From Octopus sinensis (lineage: Eukaryota): a stretch of DNA of 64,000 nt. Shown here one piece after another: positions 12,390-26,876 of this stretch. The translations under genes were made by a program, and so were the position numbers. Numbering within the stretch: the stretch's first letter is position 1; each line of letters starts with the position of its first letter. The notes beneath the pieces are model-generated. The model was given only the letters and a program-made list of their open reading frames with translations. It had not been told where the DNA came from and did no database searches. The stretch is taken from contig NC_042999.1 of NCBI RefSeq assembly GCF_006345805.1, positions 59,582,001-59,646,000 on the forward strand, in the 5' to 3' direction.

Positions 12390-12812
12390 CCTTCAAAACC
12401 ACAGTCGAACCATTTCTACTATATGGCTCAGGAACCTGGACGTTATCAAAGAAGCTTGAGAGGCGGTTAGATTGAACTTACACTCGCCTCCTTATGAGAG
12501 CTCAAAAATCTCTCGTGGAAGCGTCATCCGACCAAAGTACAAATATATGGGAAATTATCACCTGTATCAACTCTTGTGAAAGATAGAAGAGTCCAGTTTG
12601 CTGAACATTGTTGTAGAGCTGAAAACGAGGTAATTTCTACTCTTCTCCTCTGCTCGCGATACCAGAGGGCTCACACACTCCTAACCTGATGTAATCTCCA
12701 GGGATACAGGCATCCAGCAACAGGACCTCCGTAATGCTATGATGGACCGTGAAGTCTGGCGTAACATAGTAAATTCCATTGTCTCGACCACGGTCGAACG
12801 ATGATGATGATG
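12390..12812 (+). mobile_element. RTE-clade LINE 3' end with (GAT)n tail
   Basis: FKTTVEPFLLYGSGTWTLSKKLERRLD*TYTRLLMRAQ..SWKRHPTK.QIYG and RRVQFAEHC; ends in GATGATGATGAT. Confidence 0.8.
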
Positions 12813-13231
12813 TATCTCTTGAGGAAAGCATTTAGATGAAAGTCCACATTTACTGAAATAGTAAATTTTGGACATAGCCAGGTAGTTAAGAAGTTTTTCT
12901 TTGCTAATCAATGCTTTGACTCGGGTTCTACTCATATCGTAGCATCTTAAGCAATTGGTCTTTCTCGTAGACTCGGATTGACTCAAACTTGCGAGTGAAA
13001 TTGGGCAGACGGAAATCCGTTCGATAAAAGCCCGTTAGATAAACTCTACCTCTTAGGTAACCATCCAGTTTTGTTACTTATTTTGTTATTTTATTCGGTG
13101 TGTGAATTACTTCCGAAGCAGGGGTGTTAAACACACAACCCATGGGCCGGAACCGGTCATAGCTGTACTTATTCCAACTCATGACTCAATCTTATAAACA
13201 AGAAAATTCAACTCCCGACTCAATTTTATGT

Positions 13232-13612
13232 AGGCGTAAGAGTGGCTGTGTGGTAAGTAGCTTGCTTACCAACCACATGGTTCCGGATTCAGTCCCACTG
13301 CGTGGCACCTTGGGCAAGTGTCTTCTACTTATACCTCGGGCTGACCAAAGCCTTGTGATTGGATTGGCAGACAGAAACTGAAAGAAGCCTGTCGTATAAG
13401 GTGTATATATATATATATATATATAATATATATATATGTGTGTGTGTGGTGTGTGGTGTGTGTGTGTGTGTGTGGTGTGTGTGTGTGTGGTGTGTGTTAG
13501 TCCCCAAACATCGCTTGGCAACGGATGTTGTTGTGTTTATGTCCCGTAACTTAGCGGTTCTGCAAAAGAGTCCGATAGAATAAGTACTAGACTTACAAAG
13601 AATAAGTCCTGG
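13232..13612 (+). mobile_element. SINE family A
   Basis: Consensus head and body. Confidence 0.88.
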
Positions 13613-15254
13613 GTTCTTACATATTTTACAACATATTTTAAGTTTAAAAAATGTTTTTCTTGTATTCTTTTACGCTTTTACTTGTTTTGCTCATTTGACT
13701 GTGGCCATGCCTTGAATATGATTTCAAATTCCACTTTTAATCATCCTTTTGGGTTTGAGAAAATAACGCACCATTCAATTACTGGAGTCGTAAATCGACT
13801 CGATTAACTGTTTACCCAGATTGTGCCATTGTGATTCTGCTGAAAATTATTATATTATATCGAGTTAGATATATTTATAGATCATATTTTCTTTGGCGTT
13901 TAACCGATATATTAAGTTGTTCATATCATACCAAAATGGCCTACCGACTACGGCGCTTTCTTCTTAAATTATTTTCTTTTTTTATATTTCATAAGGGTAA
14001 ACTTTACCGAAATATTAATTATTGAAGCATTAAACAATCTACATAAAGGTAATACCGTAATTTCTCTTTGTCTTTTCTTTATTCTTGCATATTTTACCTA
14101 ACCCTTAACTGTATGCTCGAAGGTTATTTAAAGCATTTACAGCTTTTACACACTGCAGTGACTCAAGAAAATTAGAATATTATTTTACTGCGTTATATAA
14201 CTATGAGGCAAGAGGTGGCATATATAATGCATCACATTATATAATTTGTAATGTTTTATGTCCGGATTCAATCCTTGCGATCTGATATCATTTCCTCCCG
14301 GTTCCATTTTGTTTTTCAACCATCTAAAGTTGATAACATAAAGAGAAGTTATACAAATAGGTTAAAGCAGCGTACAGGTGAAGAAATATCTATTCATAAC
14401 TAAAGATTTTGGGCTCCTAGCAACGAATCGTTAATGCTGTTGAATTAACTTGACCCTAACTGGACACTCTGTTTTAAAATAGGTCTTAAAACTTATTTTT
14501 GTGGTATGAGTGGACTAGAGCAAAGTGAAGTACAAGGTCTTGCCACAAAATATAATGCGTCACCTTCTGAAGTGGGAATCAATCTTACGAACTTATTGCC
14601 CAGAGTTTAGTTGTCTGGCCACCAGGACACGTGTCTTCTCAAGTAAAATAAGAGCTAGTCAATAACAACAAAATATTAAGGGAAATGTGGAAACACGTGT
14701 TCGGGTGTTCGTTTTGCTAACCATCCTCAAATATTCATTCTGTTGACTTAAAAATGGAAGAGCAGATAGGACAAAAGTCTTGGGTATATAAACGAAATTC
14801 TGATCATATTCGGATCGTTCTGAATCGATGATATGCCCAATGATCAGAACTGACCTGCCACTAAACAATAACAAAGAACTCGGTTCGATCAATGTACAAA
14901 TCTACATAGCATTTAATCTGGTCTCCCGGAATGGCAATAGAACAAAGAATGAAACCAGTAAAAGAATAAAAGAACTAAAAAAAAAACGGCATTGGATATT
15001 CATAAATGTCTAAACAGCTGGAAAATTGGCACGGCGGTATTAAATAATATTTCTTTAGATGCTGAGTTCAAATCCTACAAAAGTTGTTTCTCTCCCTCTG
15101 GAATCTATAAAATATGTACCATGCATTTACTTAATCGTGTTTATTCACCCGTTCCCCATCTTTCCTATAAATTTGCGTTTTTCTGTGTAACGAATCGATA
15201 TACTGGATATGAAGAAACCGATAATATGATTTTTACACAGGCAGAAATTACCGT

Positions 15255-15324
<70 letters not shown>

Positions 15325-15725
15325 ATATATATACCTATCTATCTATCTATCTATCTATCTATCTCTATATATATATTATATATAATATATACATATATAT
15401 ATATCTGTATATATATATATATATAATATATATGTATATACATATATATATCGATATATAGTAATAGATATAGGAATTTACGTATATTTGCATATTATTA
15501 TAGCGTATGCGCCTATTTAGGATTCTAAGTATGAGTCTGCGTTATTGTATGAGCAAGTGTGAATTTGTGCGCATGTTTACGTATGCAAATGTATTTTTTA
15601 TATGCGCGAGTGTGTGTGTGTGAGTGTGCGTGTATGCATGTTTGCATCTATCTCTGTAAAAGCTTGCGTGTATGTGTGTGCTGTGTATGTGTTGTGTATG
15701 TATGTGTGTGTGTGTGTGTGTGTTA
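15255..15725. repeat. (TA)n/(TATC)n/(TG)n microsatellites
   Basis: Direct reading of the sequence. Confidence 0.9.
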
Positions 15726-16048
15726 TGTGCGTTCACTCCCTTGGCTTATTTGTGTAAATTGCTTCTGTTTTTATTTTAAGGAGTATAATTTGTGAGTGAA
15801 ATGTCAAAAGTGCGAATCGAAGAAAAATATTCAAAGAGGAAAGTGTGAAACAGGAAAACTATTAAATTAAGATCAAAAGAAATAGTTAGAAATTTATGGA
15901 AAGTTTTAAAAAAATAGTGAGAGAATTAGTTAATAATATTATAAATTAACAACACAACACTGAAATAAATTTTTATAGAGAAGAAACGAAAATTGCTTTT
16001 GCTAAATACAGAAGAAAACGTTAAAAAAAACAACGGTGAAAAGCAATG

Positions 16049-16069
16049 AATAATAATAATACTAATAAT

Positions 16070-16109
<40 letters not shown>

Positions 16110-16304
16110 TAATGGTGGTGGTGATGATTATGATAATAATTCGATGATGATAGTGATGATGATGATGATGATGATGATGATCATGATCATGATGATTACG
16201 ATGATGATAGTCAACCTTCAGCTTTGACACCGAACAATTAGAACATAAATACCATTATTATCAGCATCTTCAGCAGCATCGTTATTGTGGTTATCCTCAT
16301 CATT

Positions 16305-16369
<65 letters not shown>

Positions 16370-16902
16370 TATCATTATCATCCTCATCTCTGTCATTTTC
16401 TTCGTCACTCTTACCACTTAACGTTATCGTATCGTTATGCTTCTGATTCTCGTGCTCCTCCTCCTTCTTCTTCTTCTTCTTCTTCTCTTACCTCCGTACT
16501 CTTTCCCCCCTCCTTCTCCTCCTCCTTCTCCTTCTTATCATCATCATCATCATCATCTTCACCACTATCATCACGATGTTGATCCCCATGATCCTGATCG
16601 TCTTGATGATGATAATGATGATGATGATGATGATGATCATGATCATCATCAACATCATCATCATCTTCAGCACTACCATCGCAGTCAAGCACCACCACCA
16701 CTACCACCGCCATCATCATCATCATCGTCATCTTCAGCCCTTCCACCATTATCACCGCTGCCACCGCCATCGTCATCGTCATCATCATCGTCATCATCGT
16801 CGTCATCATCATTGTCGTCGTCATCATCATCATCATCATCATCAATACTGATCATCAAGAACAGAAACATCATCTTTATCATCACCATCACCATCAACAT
16901 TG

Positions 16903-16947
<45 letters not shown>

Positions 16948-17150
16948 CCATCAACATTGCTTTCCCCACCCCCACCATCTTCACCATCATCATTATCAAT
17001 ATCGTCTTTGAACAAAAATAGCGATTTCGGGAATATTAGCCATATCTCTATTCCATAACTACAATCTCATTAACAACTGCAACAGCAGAAAAACAACAAC
17101 GACAACAACACCAGTACCATTACCACCACCACCTCCCCTGCCACCAACGA
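16049..17150. repeat. Compound trinucleotide repeat field (AAT, GAT/ATC, CTT, CAC)
   Basis: Direct reading; the poly-D/H/M/I/S ORFs are artefacts. Confidence 0.9.
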
Positions 17151-17505
17151 TAACGTATAATTTAGATTAACCCCTCCAAGACATCACTGAACATTCCACG
17201 CTCCACTGGCCAATCAACAATTGTTCGTTATAGGATTGTAAAGCGGAGGAAAATAAAGCTCTCGTTAGGAAGAAATGGCGAACGAGCGATTGGATTTCAA
17301 AGCTATCCATCTCTCTTTACAACGACATGTAATGGTTTGTTTAGGAAATTTAGGCTGTGGAGTTAGAAATTTGCTTCCACACCACGTCGTTCCGGTTTCA
17401 GTCCCATTGCGTTGCACCTTGGACAAATGTTCTCTGCTATAGACTCGGTTTTAATGAATAAAGTCTATAGACTTGTGAGTCGATTTGGTGGACGGAAGAC
17501 CGTCG

Positions 17506-17546
<41 letters not shown>

Positions 17547-18669
17547 CTGTATGCGCGTGTATACAGAGATATATCTATATATATATATTCACATATACAC
17601 ACATATATTTTGTGTTATGCTTTGACGCGATGCACTTTACTAGAATTTTTTCGACCCACGTTATATTATATATATATATACATCGTATAGCATTATATAT
17701 ACATATATAAACAACTACTCCAAATGAACGGTAATGAAACCGACTCGCTCATATCTGTCAAGTATTCATGACTTGTAGTTACATGGCATTTCGTTATGCA
17801 ACCTTAATATACTATAAAGTATATTAAACGTTTTTACAAGCCAAAACCGTGTTCGACTGTGTTAGCTGTGCGCTTTTTACATTACTTGATAAGGTCATCA
17901 CTGATTTTTGTTACGACGTTTCGTATCCGCGTCGTCTGATGTAAAGAACTCGAAATATGGCACAAACGCCCATTACCATTTTTTCATCTTCAATCTCATT
18001 GTTTGTTTACATATGACGTCTCGGATATAAAACTTGGCAACATAAATCAGTGCTGGCTATAATTTCTCTTGAAAAACTATAAAGATAACCTTAACAAGTC
18101 TTTCAAATATAACGTCCAACATCTCTAAAAAGAACTTTATTGTAATATAATATCTGTGGGCGCGAGAGCACGTGTGTGTGTTGGTGCGTGCGTGTATGCA
18201 AATATATTTCAGTGAGTGAATATATGTGTTTGTGCTCATTATTTGTGCATGTAAAGAGTATCTTTAAACAGTTTAAAATTTTGGTCGTGAAAATGCTATG
18301 AAAATCTAATTATGCTCACGATTTTATCGCTTTGAGTAATATACTCTCTAAGTCATATGCAATGGTTTATATTGCCGGTACATTACATACCGTATTTCTT
18401 ATTGCTTTTTGTGGTTAATCAAGAAGTGAGATGATGTAAGGCATCATACAAGCCCACTTTCATGGCCTGTAAAGGGAGGAAAGGAAGAAGAAATCAATAG
18501 GCCAGAGACTTCATTTGAATGCTTGCAACAGTAGATATCAAAAGAGACACCCGCAGGCGAACGGGCTACTTCATTCTGCGTTGTATGTGTTGGAGTTAAA
18601 ATGAATAAAGGATTAAGTTTAGCATCTTATATCAGATGCTACACTTCGGACTGTCTTGTATATGGTCCT

Positions 18670-18875
18670 CTACACACGTTCTACTCGTTGAAGAAAATGC
18701 AAGAGGCTTTTTTCTCATTTAGACAAATATTTTCCTGTATTTGAAGAAGTGGATCCCAACGCACAATGTTTTATAAAAATGTTGCGGGAATGTCAAGATA
18801 CTATTGCACCTTATTACTTAATCCTTGAAGAGAAGAAGAAAAAAGAGAATTCAAGGAACTTTAAACAAGTCTGCA
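18670..18875 (+). pseudogene. Tigger/pogo transposase C-terminal fragment
   Basis: FYSLKKMQEAFSHLDKYFPVFEEVDPNAQCFIKMLRECQDTIAPYYLILEEKKKK resembles the Tigger C-terminal FE..DPN...Y..I..EKK motif. Confidence 0.6.
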
Positions 18876-19180
18876 CAATGATCTACACCATCACAACAGG
18901 GGTCAGCTGACAATCCCCGACCATCGATATCTAGTGTGTAATCTCCTCCTCCTCCTCCTCAACGAGTAAAACCGACGTCAGCCATCAGGTAGGCAACAGT
19001 ACATTATTTGAAATTATTTTTTTCTAATATAAAAGCAGCCGACGCTTGCCTGACAATTTCCCGAATTCAAATGCTAACATAGAAACAACCTAGCCTAGGC
19101 TACGTTTTCATTGTTACATGTATATACATTTAAATAATAGTTATTTCGACTTCATCCGTAGGGTGGAGTATGATTTATAT

Positions 19181-19760
19181 ACTAGCTGAATAGCTCATAG
19201 CTGCCAGGCAATTTTTACAATATAATGTCTTATATAATTTTTTATTTATTTCATGTCAGACCTGGTCAGGACAGATTTGTGCAATTTTTCGCAAAAATAC
19301 TTCGTTGAGGACTTGTTTCCTTTTTAAATTATTTACATGTCTATTCGACCGTTTCACATGAATTTATTCATTAAATCCTATTAAAACTTCAGAAGTTCTT
19401 AAAACTTTGGTCATCGTAATGCTTTGCTTTCGTTTGATTAATTAAAATTCCTTCTCTTAACAATTTTTCCTTCATTGTGTGACAGACAGCTATCATGCAG
19501 AAAATGCCAGCTTCCAAATCCTGTTTCCTGAGAAGGTAAAATTGATTAAACCTTGAACCCCATCAACATTTTTCTGCAGTTTTTCTGGAGCAAATAACAA
19601 AATCGAATTTAAAGTGGAAAATTATTTCAATATACCAAATGAGAAAATTTTGAGGTAATTTAAAAATTTCACAATATGTGACAGTATCAGGGAACACCCT
19701 ACAAATTTGACAGACAGAGAGTTATAGGACGTCTCACACACACGCACACACACACACATT
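19181..19760 (-). mobile_element. Possible non-autonomous Helitron-like element
   Basis: The minus strand ends CAGCTAGT after a weak GC hairpin; GACA and CA microsatellites lie at the other end, as in Lep1-type Helitrons. Confidence 0.35.
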
Positions 19761-20429
19761 TGCAAATGTACACACAAATAATCACGAGTTTAAAATGGTG
19801 TATAGTAGACATATGTATGTATGTATGTATATATGTATCTATGTATGTACGTATGTATGTATAATATGTGTGTGTGTGTGAGCATTTCTTTGCGATGAAC
19901 AGCAGAAAATCCACCTGCCTCCTCTCTCCTTAAATCTACATATTCCTCAAACCCACCTTTCTCTCCTTTCCTTGGCGTCTTAAAAGTTACATATTTGCGT
20001 GTGTGTGTGTGTTTGTGTGTATATGTGTGCTTGCACGTTTCTGTGTATAAATATATCTATGTATTTACGAAAGTATGTGGGCAGCGTCGCGTGTATATGA
20101 CAGCTGTATTAACGTTACTATCCTATTGCTACTCCATATTTGTCGCTTACACAACGCTGTTCTCCCCCTTCCTTGATATCAATCACACTCACTTCTGCTA
20201 CTACATTTCCCTCAGACTAACACTCTTTGCACCCTTCTCATTTTATCATATAATTCGTCCAACCCACCTATGGGGCACATTATAGATTTTTATTGAAATC
20301 TAATTGGCCTATTATTGAACTGGATGTTTGTTTAACATGTATGCAAATTTTTAGACATTAACTAGTAACAGATATAGTTTTGATTCTTTAGATATTCTTA
20401 GGAAATAGTCTTTCATTCTTTGAGATATT

Positions 20430-21020
20430 TCAGCCCTAAGGCTGTGGCTATGCTTGGACATCGCCAATGTAATCACTCCTTTAATGGCCAATTCTATGTG
20501 ATTAGCTTTTGGTGAAGGAGGGACTGCGACACCGTTGCCCGTTTTTTATATTGGTTCATCTGGGAGCTTGGATAGCTGGTCAAATTTCTTTCTTCTACCC
20601 CTACGCCATAAGGATCCCTCAAATGTTTTGCCAAGGCGTTAAATAATTGTAGGCCCTTGAATCTCATGGTCCTCACTATCGATGAGACCTTTGGAACAGT
20701 GCAGTGACGTCCAGTTCGTTGTCTGGTATAGCCCTCGATTTCAAAGTTTGGTGCTAGTTTCTCCAAGATCTTCCATACATATATCACTGCATACCTCTCC
20801 CGTCTTCAATCCAGGGAGTAGTGTCGTAGCTCTTTCAGTCTCACCTAGTAGCTCAGCTGTTCTACTGATGCAACCTTCCTGGTGTAACATCGCTGCACTG
20901 CCACAAGTTCCACTATTCATCTGACACTGTAGGCTGATCACAGCTGAGAGTACAAATGTCCTCCATAGAACCAGTATAGTTTCCTGGTCCCTTGTTCAAA
21001 ATGTTCTCAAAATCGATCCG
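20430..21020 (-). mobile_element. CR1/L2-group LINE 3' end
   Basis: SLKTGEV..IYVWKILEKLAPNF..RTGRHC.VPK..FKGLQLFNAL..HLR; same family as 60060-60395. Confidence 0.75.
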
Positions 21021-21284
21021 GTTATGTAATGCTATAATAAAAAGCGCAATTTTTGTTAAATACAGCTATCCAGGGTTTCTTGGTCAAAACGATAATGTAT
21101 TTCACCAATTTTCAAGCTGACAACAAGACCGTTTTTTCAGGAGCTCTTTAAAGCAGATGACACGCACATTCTAAAACAAAAAACTTACTTTAGGTTGATC
21201 TCGCTACCTTCAGCAGGTATCGTCGTTTTGTTACAAACAAAAATGCGCACAGAGCGGTTCATAAATGGCTGCGTGACTAGTCGA

Positions 21285-21426
21285 AAACCTCCTCCGATGC
21301 ACTAAGTAAGCTTGTGGACCGCAGCAGGGTGACTGTATCGAACAATGATGTAATTATTCAAGTCCTGGTTTCGTTTTTATAAATTACATAATTAAGAGTA
21401 CGTATAACTTTTTACTTACCCTCGTA
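21285..21426 (+). mobile_element. Mariner 3' end with TIR (second fragment at 21672-21770)
   Basis: SKLVDR-type mariner C-terminus; ends CTTTTTACTTACCCTCGTA, the reverse of a TACGAGGG mariner TIR plus TA. Confidence 0.6.
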
Positions 21427-21784
21427 TGTATACTATACATTATACATAAAATATATATTATTTTAAAATATAACTTAACTTTAAAACACATATTAGTATA
21501 CTGATAGATAGACAGATAGATAGAGAGAGAGATATGCAGTACATGTGTATGCGTGTGCGCATGTGAGTGTGTGTGTGTGTGTGCGCGCGCGTTTGTATGC
21601 GTGTGTGTGTGTGTGTGTGTGTGTCTATGTGTGTGTGCTTGCTTATGTGTGTGTGTGTGTGTAGTTATGTGTCCTCCGATGGAATTAGCAAGCTTGTTGA
21701 CCGCTGCAAGAATTGCATCAAAAGGTGGCTACGTCGAAAACTGATGTAATTTTTCAAGTTTTCTTCTAACGAATTACAGTGTGT

Positions 21785-21811
21785 GATATATATATATATA
21801 GATTCATATAT

Positions 21812-21852
<41 letters not shown>

Positions 21853-21889
21853 TAAATATGTATATATATATATATATATGTATATTTAA

Positions 21890-21924
<35 letters not shown>

Positions 21925-21954
21925 TATATATATATATATGTAATATTATATATG

Positions 21955-22031
<77 letters not shown>

Positions 22032-22237
22032 AGATGTACTCGCATAGCAAGTGATTTGGTCTGAGTTCGTGTGTGGAAAAAAACAATTGCAGATGCAGCA
22101 CGGATCTTTGTCAGTGAACAGGTCGCAGATTTTAGCGACAAATTAATTTTGACAAATTAAAACTTAAATGTTGAAGTGAATCGAACGGCTTTTGTGTGTT
22201 TCTTAAATGGTTTACAAACACCTTCCACGCTGCAATT

Positions 22238-22323
<86 letters not shown>

Positions 22324-22572
22324 GTGTGTGTATATATATATGTATGTATATATATGTATATATACATATGTATATGCATGTGTGTAATATTTGTGTGTTT
22401 GTGTTTGTCCCCCCAACATCGCTTCACAGCCGATGCTGGTGTGTTTACGTCCCCATAACTAGTAGTTCAGCCAAATAGACCAATACAATAAGCATTGTTC
22501 GACTAAAGCCGGTGGTGCCAGCATGGCCACAGTCACATGACTGAAATAAGTAAAAGAGTAAAAGAGTTATAT

Positions 22573-22625
<53 letters not shown>

Positions 22626-22748
22626 GTATACATATATATACATATATATATATATACATACATATATATACAATATATATATATATATGCATATATATAC
22701 ATATATATATATATACATTTATATATACATATTATATACATATATAAC

Positions 22749-22779
<31 letters not shown>

Positions 22780-22870
22780 CATATACATATATATATATAT
22801 ACATAGATATATATATATATACATATATAATACATATATATATATATATATATATATATTAATATATACA

Positions 22871-22909
<39 letters not shown>

Positions 22910-22990
22910 CATACATACATATATATATATACACTTATGTATGTATGGATAGATAGATAGATAGATAGATAGATAGCTAGATAGATAGAT
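21785..22990. repeat. (TA)n microsatellite field containing a SINE A 3' half (22380-22565)
   Basis: Direct reading of the sequence. Confidence 0.9.
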
Positions 22991-23311
22991 GTGCGGTACA
23001 TGTATGTGTGTGAGTATATGCATGTTTGTGTGTGTCTTTTGTACAGCTGGTAGGGAGGTGATGATGTTAATGATGTTCTTATTGCTATTCATGTTAGTGA
23101 ACGCTGGGATTACCACACCAGAGGTTAGTTGCTATTTGACATCCTTGTACTCTTGTGCATACAAAATATCTTTCGCGTAACGTTTATCGTATCGGAATTT
23201 GTGAAAGAATCGCAGACAAATTGGTGCCGAACGAACTGAATATCTGTCTTCGAATACTCTTGTTTATGCATTCACATCATATCGAGAACGAATTTGCCTT
23301 CGTACAAAAAG

Positions 23312-23376
<65 letters not shown>

Positions 23377-23402
23377 TAATAGTAGTAGTAGTAGTAGTAG
23401 TA

Positions 23403-23434
<32 letters not shown>

Positions 23435-23435
23435 T

Positions 23436-23466
<31 letters not shown>

Positions 23467-23474
23467 TAATAATA

Positions 23475-23512
<38 letters not shown>

Positions 23513-23680
23513 AATGACGACGACGACGACGACGACGATGATGAAGTTGATATTGGAGATGATGATCATGAAGTTGATGTTGGAGATGATGATGATGATG
23601 ATGATAATAGTTTCAAATTTTAGCACAAGGGCAGCATTTTAGGGGAACGGACTATATCGATTACACCGATCCCAGTGTGA

Positions 23681-23802
<122 letters not shown>

Positions 23803-23819
23803 TTAATAATAATAATAAT

Positions 23820-24360
23820 CTGATGCAGTACCAGGCAGTGGCTCTCATGGCTTCTGATTAGAAGTGTTATCATGTACATTGTTTTGTCTTGGTATAAAAG
23901 ATGGGCTACAGCAAATATTCTGCTCAATACCACAGATTTGCTTGTCAGTTGTTTGACCTTAACCAGTTGAGCATGTCCCTTAGTGGCTGACGATATGTGC
24001 ATCTCTGATCACGAGCAGAAGTAGTGGGGGAGCATCATAGCCATGTGTTGAGAGGGATTCTTTGGGGTTTGAATAGTTCACCTCTGGAAACATGGGTGGT
24101 TCTTTCATCATCCTTAAACAACCCTTATTCAGGGACCGTTTGAGCGGGATGGGCTACTCAACCTGAAGAAAATTCTAACTGGGCCCCACCTGCAAGGTCA
24201 TGTGCTGTTTATCTTGATATGAGATCACCATGTCGCGCACATATGGTTGTGATGCATGTGCCTGGCGTACCTTTATCAGACGGGTAGTCATGATGGGTAT
24301 ATTGGGCTTCGTATATTTTACCCCAGTGTCACTTTGATGGCATGAACTGCTCTCTCACTT
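23820..24360 (+). mobile_element. ~540-bp non-coding repeat embedded in (TAA)n, copy 1
   Basis: Homologous to 24798-25338 and 42540-42998; AAT repeats on both flanks. Confidence 0.85.
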
Positions 24361-24427
24361 AATAATAATAATAATAACAATAATAATAAGAATAAGAACA
24401 AGAATAATGCTGATGATAATAATGATG

Positions 24428-24477
<50 letters not shown>

Positions 24478-24493
24478 AATAATAATAGTAATG

Positions 24494-24525
<32 letters not shown>

Positions 24526-24544
24526 AATAATAATGATAATAATA

Positions 24545-24596
<52 letters not shown>

Positions 24597-24760
24597 GTAT
24601 GATAATAATGCAGCTGATAATAATAATGAGAATGATAATGATGATGATGATGATAATAATAATGATGTTAATAATACTGATAATAATAATGATGATGATG
24701 ATGATGATGATAATAATAATGATGATAATAATGCTGATAATAATAATGATGATGATAATA

Positions 24761-24793
<33 letters not shown>

Positions 24794-24797
24794 TTGA

Positions 24798-25338
24798 TGA
24801 TGCAGTACTGGGCACTGACTCTCATCTTAACTGATTGTAAGTGTTATCATATACATTGTTTTGTTTCGGTATAAAACATAGCGCTACAGCAAATATTGTG
24901 CTCAGTACCAGAGATTTGCTTGTCAGTTGTTTTGACCTTAACCAGTTGAGCATGTCCCTTAGTGGCTGACAATATGTGCATCTCTGATTACGAGCAGAAG
25001 TAGTGGGGAAGCATCGTAGCCATGTGTTGAGGGGGATTCTTTGGGGTTTGAATAATTCACCTCAGGAAACATGGGTGTTTTGTTAAACATCTTTAAACGG
25101 ACCTTATCCAGTGAATATTTGAGCGGGATGGACTACTCGACCTGAAGAAAATCCTAACTGGGCCCCATATGCTAGGTCATGCGCTGTTTATCTTGATATG
25201 AGATCCCCATGTCGCGAGATGTGTTTGTGATACATGTGCCTGGTGTACCCTTATCACACGGACAGTCATGAAGGGTATACTGGGCCTCGTATATTTTACC
25301 TCAGTATCACTTTGATAGCAGGCACTGCTCTCTCACTC
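24798..25338 (+). mobile_element. ~540-bp non-coding repeat embedded in (TAA/TGA)n, copy 2
   Basis: Same termini, TGATGCAGTAC...CTCTCTCACTC. Confidence 0.85.
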
Positions 25339-25375
25339 AATAATAATAATGATGATAATAATAATAATAATAATA

Positions 25376-25419
<44 letters not shown>

Positions 25420-25869
25420 TAATAATAATAATAATAATAATAATGAGAAGAAGAAGAAGAAGAAGAAAAAGAAGAAGAAGAAGAAGAAGAAGAAGAAGAA
25501 GAAGAAGAAGAAGAAGAAGAAGAAGAATCGGGAAATTATTAGATACCTGATAAGAGCGAATAGCATGGCACCGTAGTCTGTAGGTATTAAACTCGCTACA
25601 CATGCAAGACTCCAGGAGTTCCAACCAAACCTGTGATAGGGTGATAATAATAATAATAATATCAATAACAAAAATAACAAAAATAATCCCGAACGTGTGA
25701 GAAAACAGCGTGGAACGTGTGACAGCGAGCTGCCAGAAAAATAGATCTAATCTGAAACAATCACGAAGCAGGAATTAAGAAGCTGCAAAAACAATAAAAG
25801 AAAACTTTGTTTTAATGTAAGCCATCTCAGGAAACCGAAATATTTTTCATATATGGAGTATATATATAT

Positions 25870-25901
<32 letters not shown>

Positions 25902-26203
25902 AATTTCGAAACCGGTACCAGGTTGACCAGCATTTACTTGTTCTGACCCATTTGAGGTAAGACATTATTATTGTTCACTGATACTTTTTCTTATCATGCC
26001 TGTAATAAATTTGTGACTATTCGGTGGTACAGAAGTATCTTTTGACTTCTATTATTTGCGATATAGGTACTCATGTAGTACCCTTATGTATATATGTACA
26101 TATCTAATATTGTATGTATATATTTTATTAATTTGCCTGTATGGCTGGTAATTCGCTTACCACTCGTGATGGTATTTTAATAATACCATCCCTATATTAT
26201 ATG

Positions 26204-26258
<55 letters not shown>

Positions 26259-26828
26259 TTATTTTGTCGACCCCGAAAGAATGAAATGGCAAACGTATAG
26301 ACGGACAAAATGCCACTAAGCATTCTTCCCGGCGTGCTAACGATTCTACCAGCTCACCATCTTATAATGATAACTTTCTACTATAAGCACAAGGCCTTAA
26401 AATTAATGGGCGGTAGCTAGTTGAATACATCGACTCCCAGTGCTGAACTGGTGCTTATTTTGTCGACCCTGAAAGGGATGAACGGCAAATTCGCCCTCGG
26501 CGGAATTTGATCACATATCGTAAAGACGGCCATATACGGCTAAGCATTTTGACCGACGCGGTGCTGATTCTGCCAGCAAACGCACTAATACCACCTTATA
26601 TTAAAAACTATACTATGTTGCTGATCATGTAGTTGATGTTGATGTTATCGCTGTTGTTGTATTCATGTAACCAGCGGTTCATCTAGAACCTCTGGTTACA
26701 TCAAACCTCCACTGCCCCTTGTTATTAAAAGTATATAGAACAACAGTATATCATATGTGAGATTCCTTATTTACATTATTTACATTATTTACATTTGGTG
26801 GATATTTGTCCTCATCTTGTTTGTTGTT

Positions 26829-26876
26829 AACACAACATATTTCGGCTGATATACTCTCCAGCCTTAATCAGGTGTC
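26829..26876 (-). ncRNA. Minimal type I hammerhead ribozyme-like motif (core mutated)
   Basis: Minus strand: GACAC CTGATTA A GGCTG-loop-CAGCC GAAA TAT GTT GTGTT. Stems I and II pair; G8 is replaced by U. Confidence 0.6.

Noticed and set aside
13119-13160. hAT-like termini (also about 27650-27664 and 50455-50468)
   Set aside because: Only single ends are visible, with no matching TIR or TSD, so they are not called as elements.
16435-17021. His/Asp/Ser/Pro-rich ORFs resembling a low-complexity protein
   Set aside because: Compound trinucleotide repeats open in several frames on both strands; no splice or domain support.
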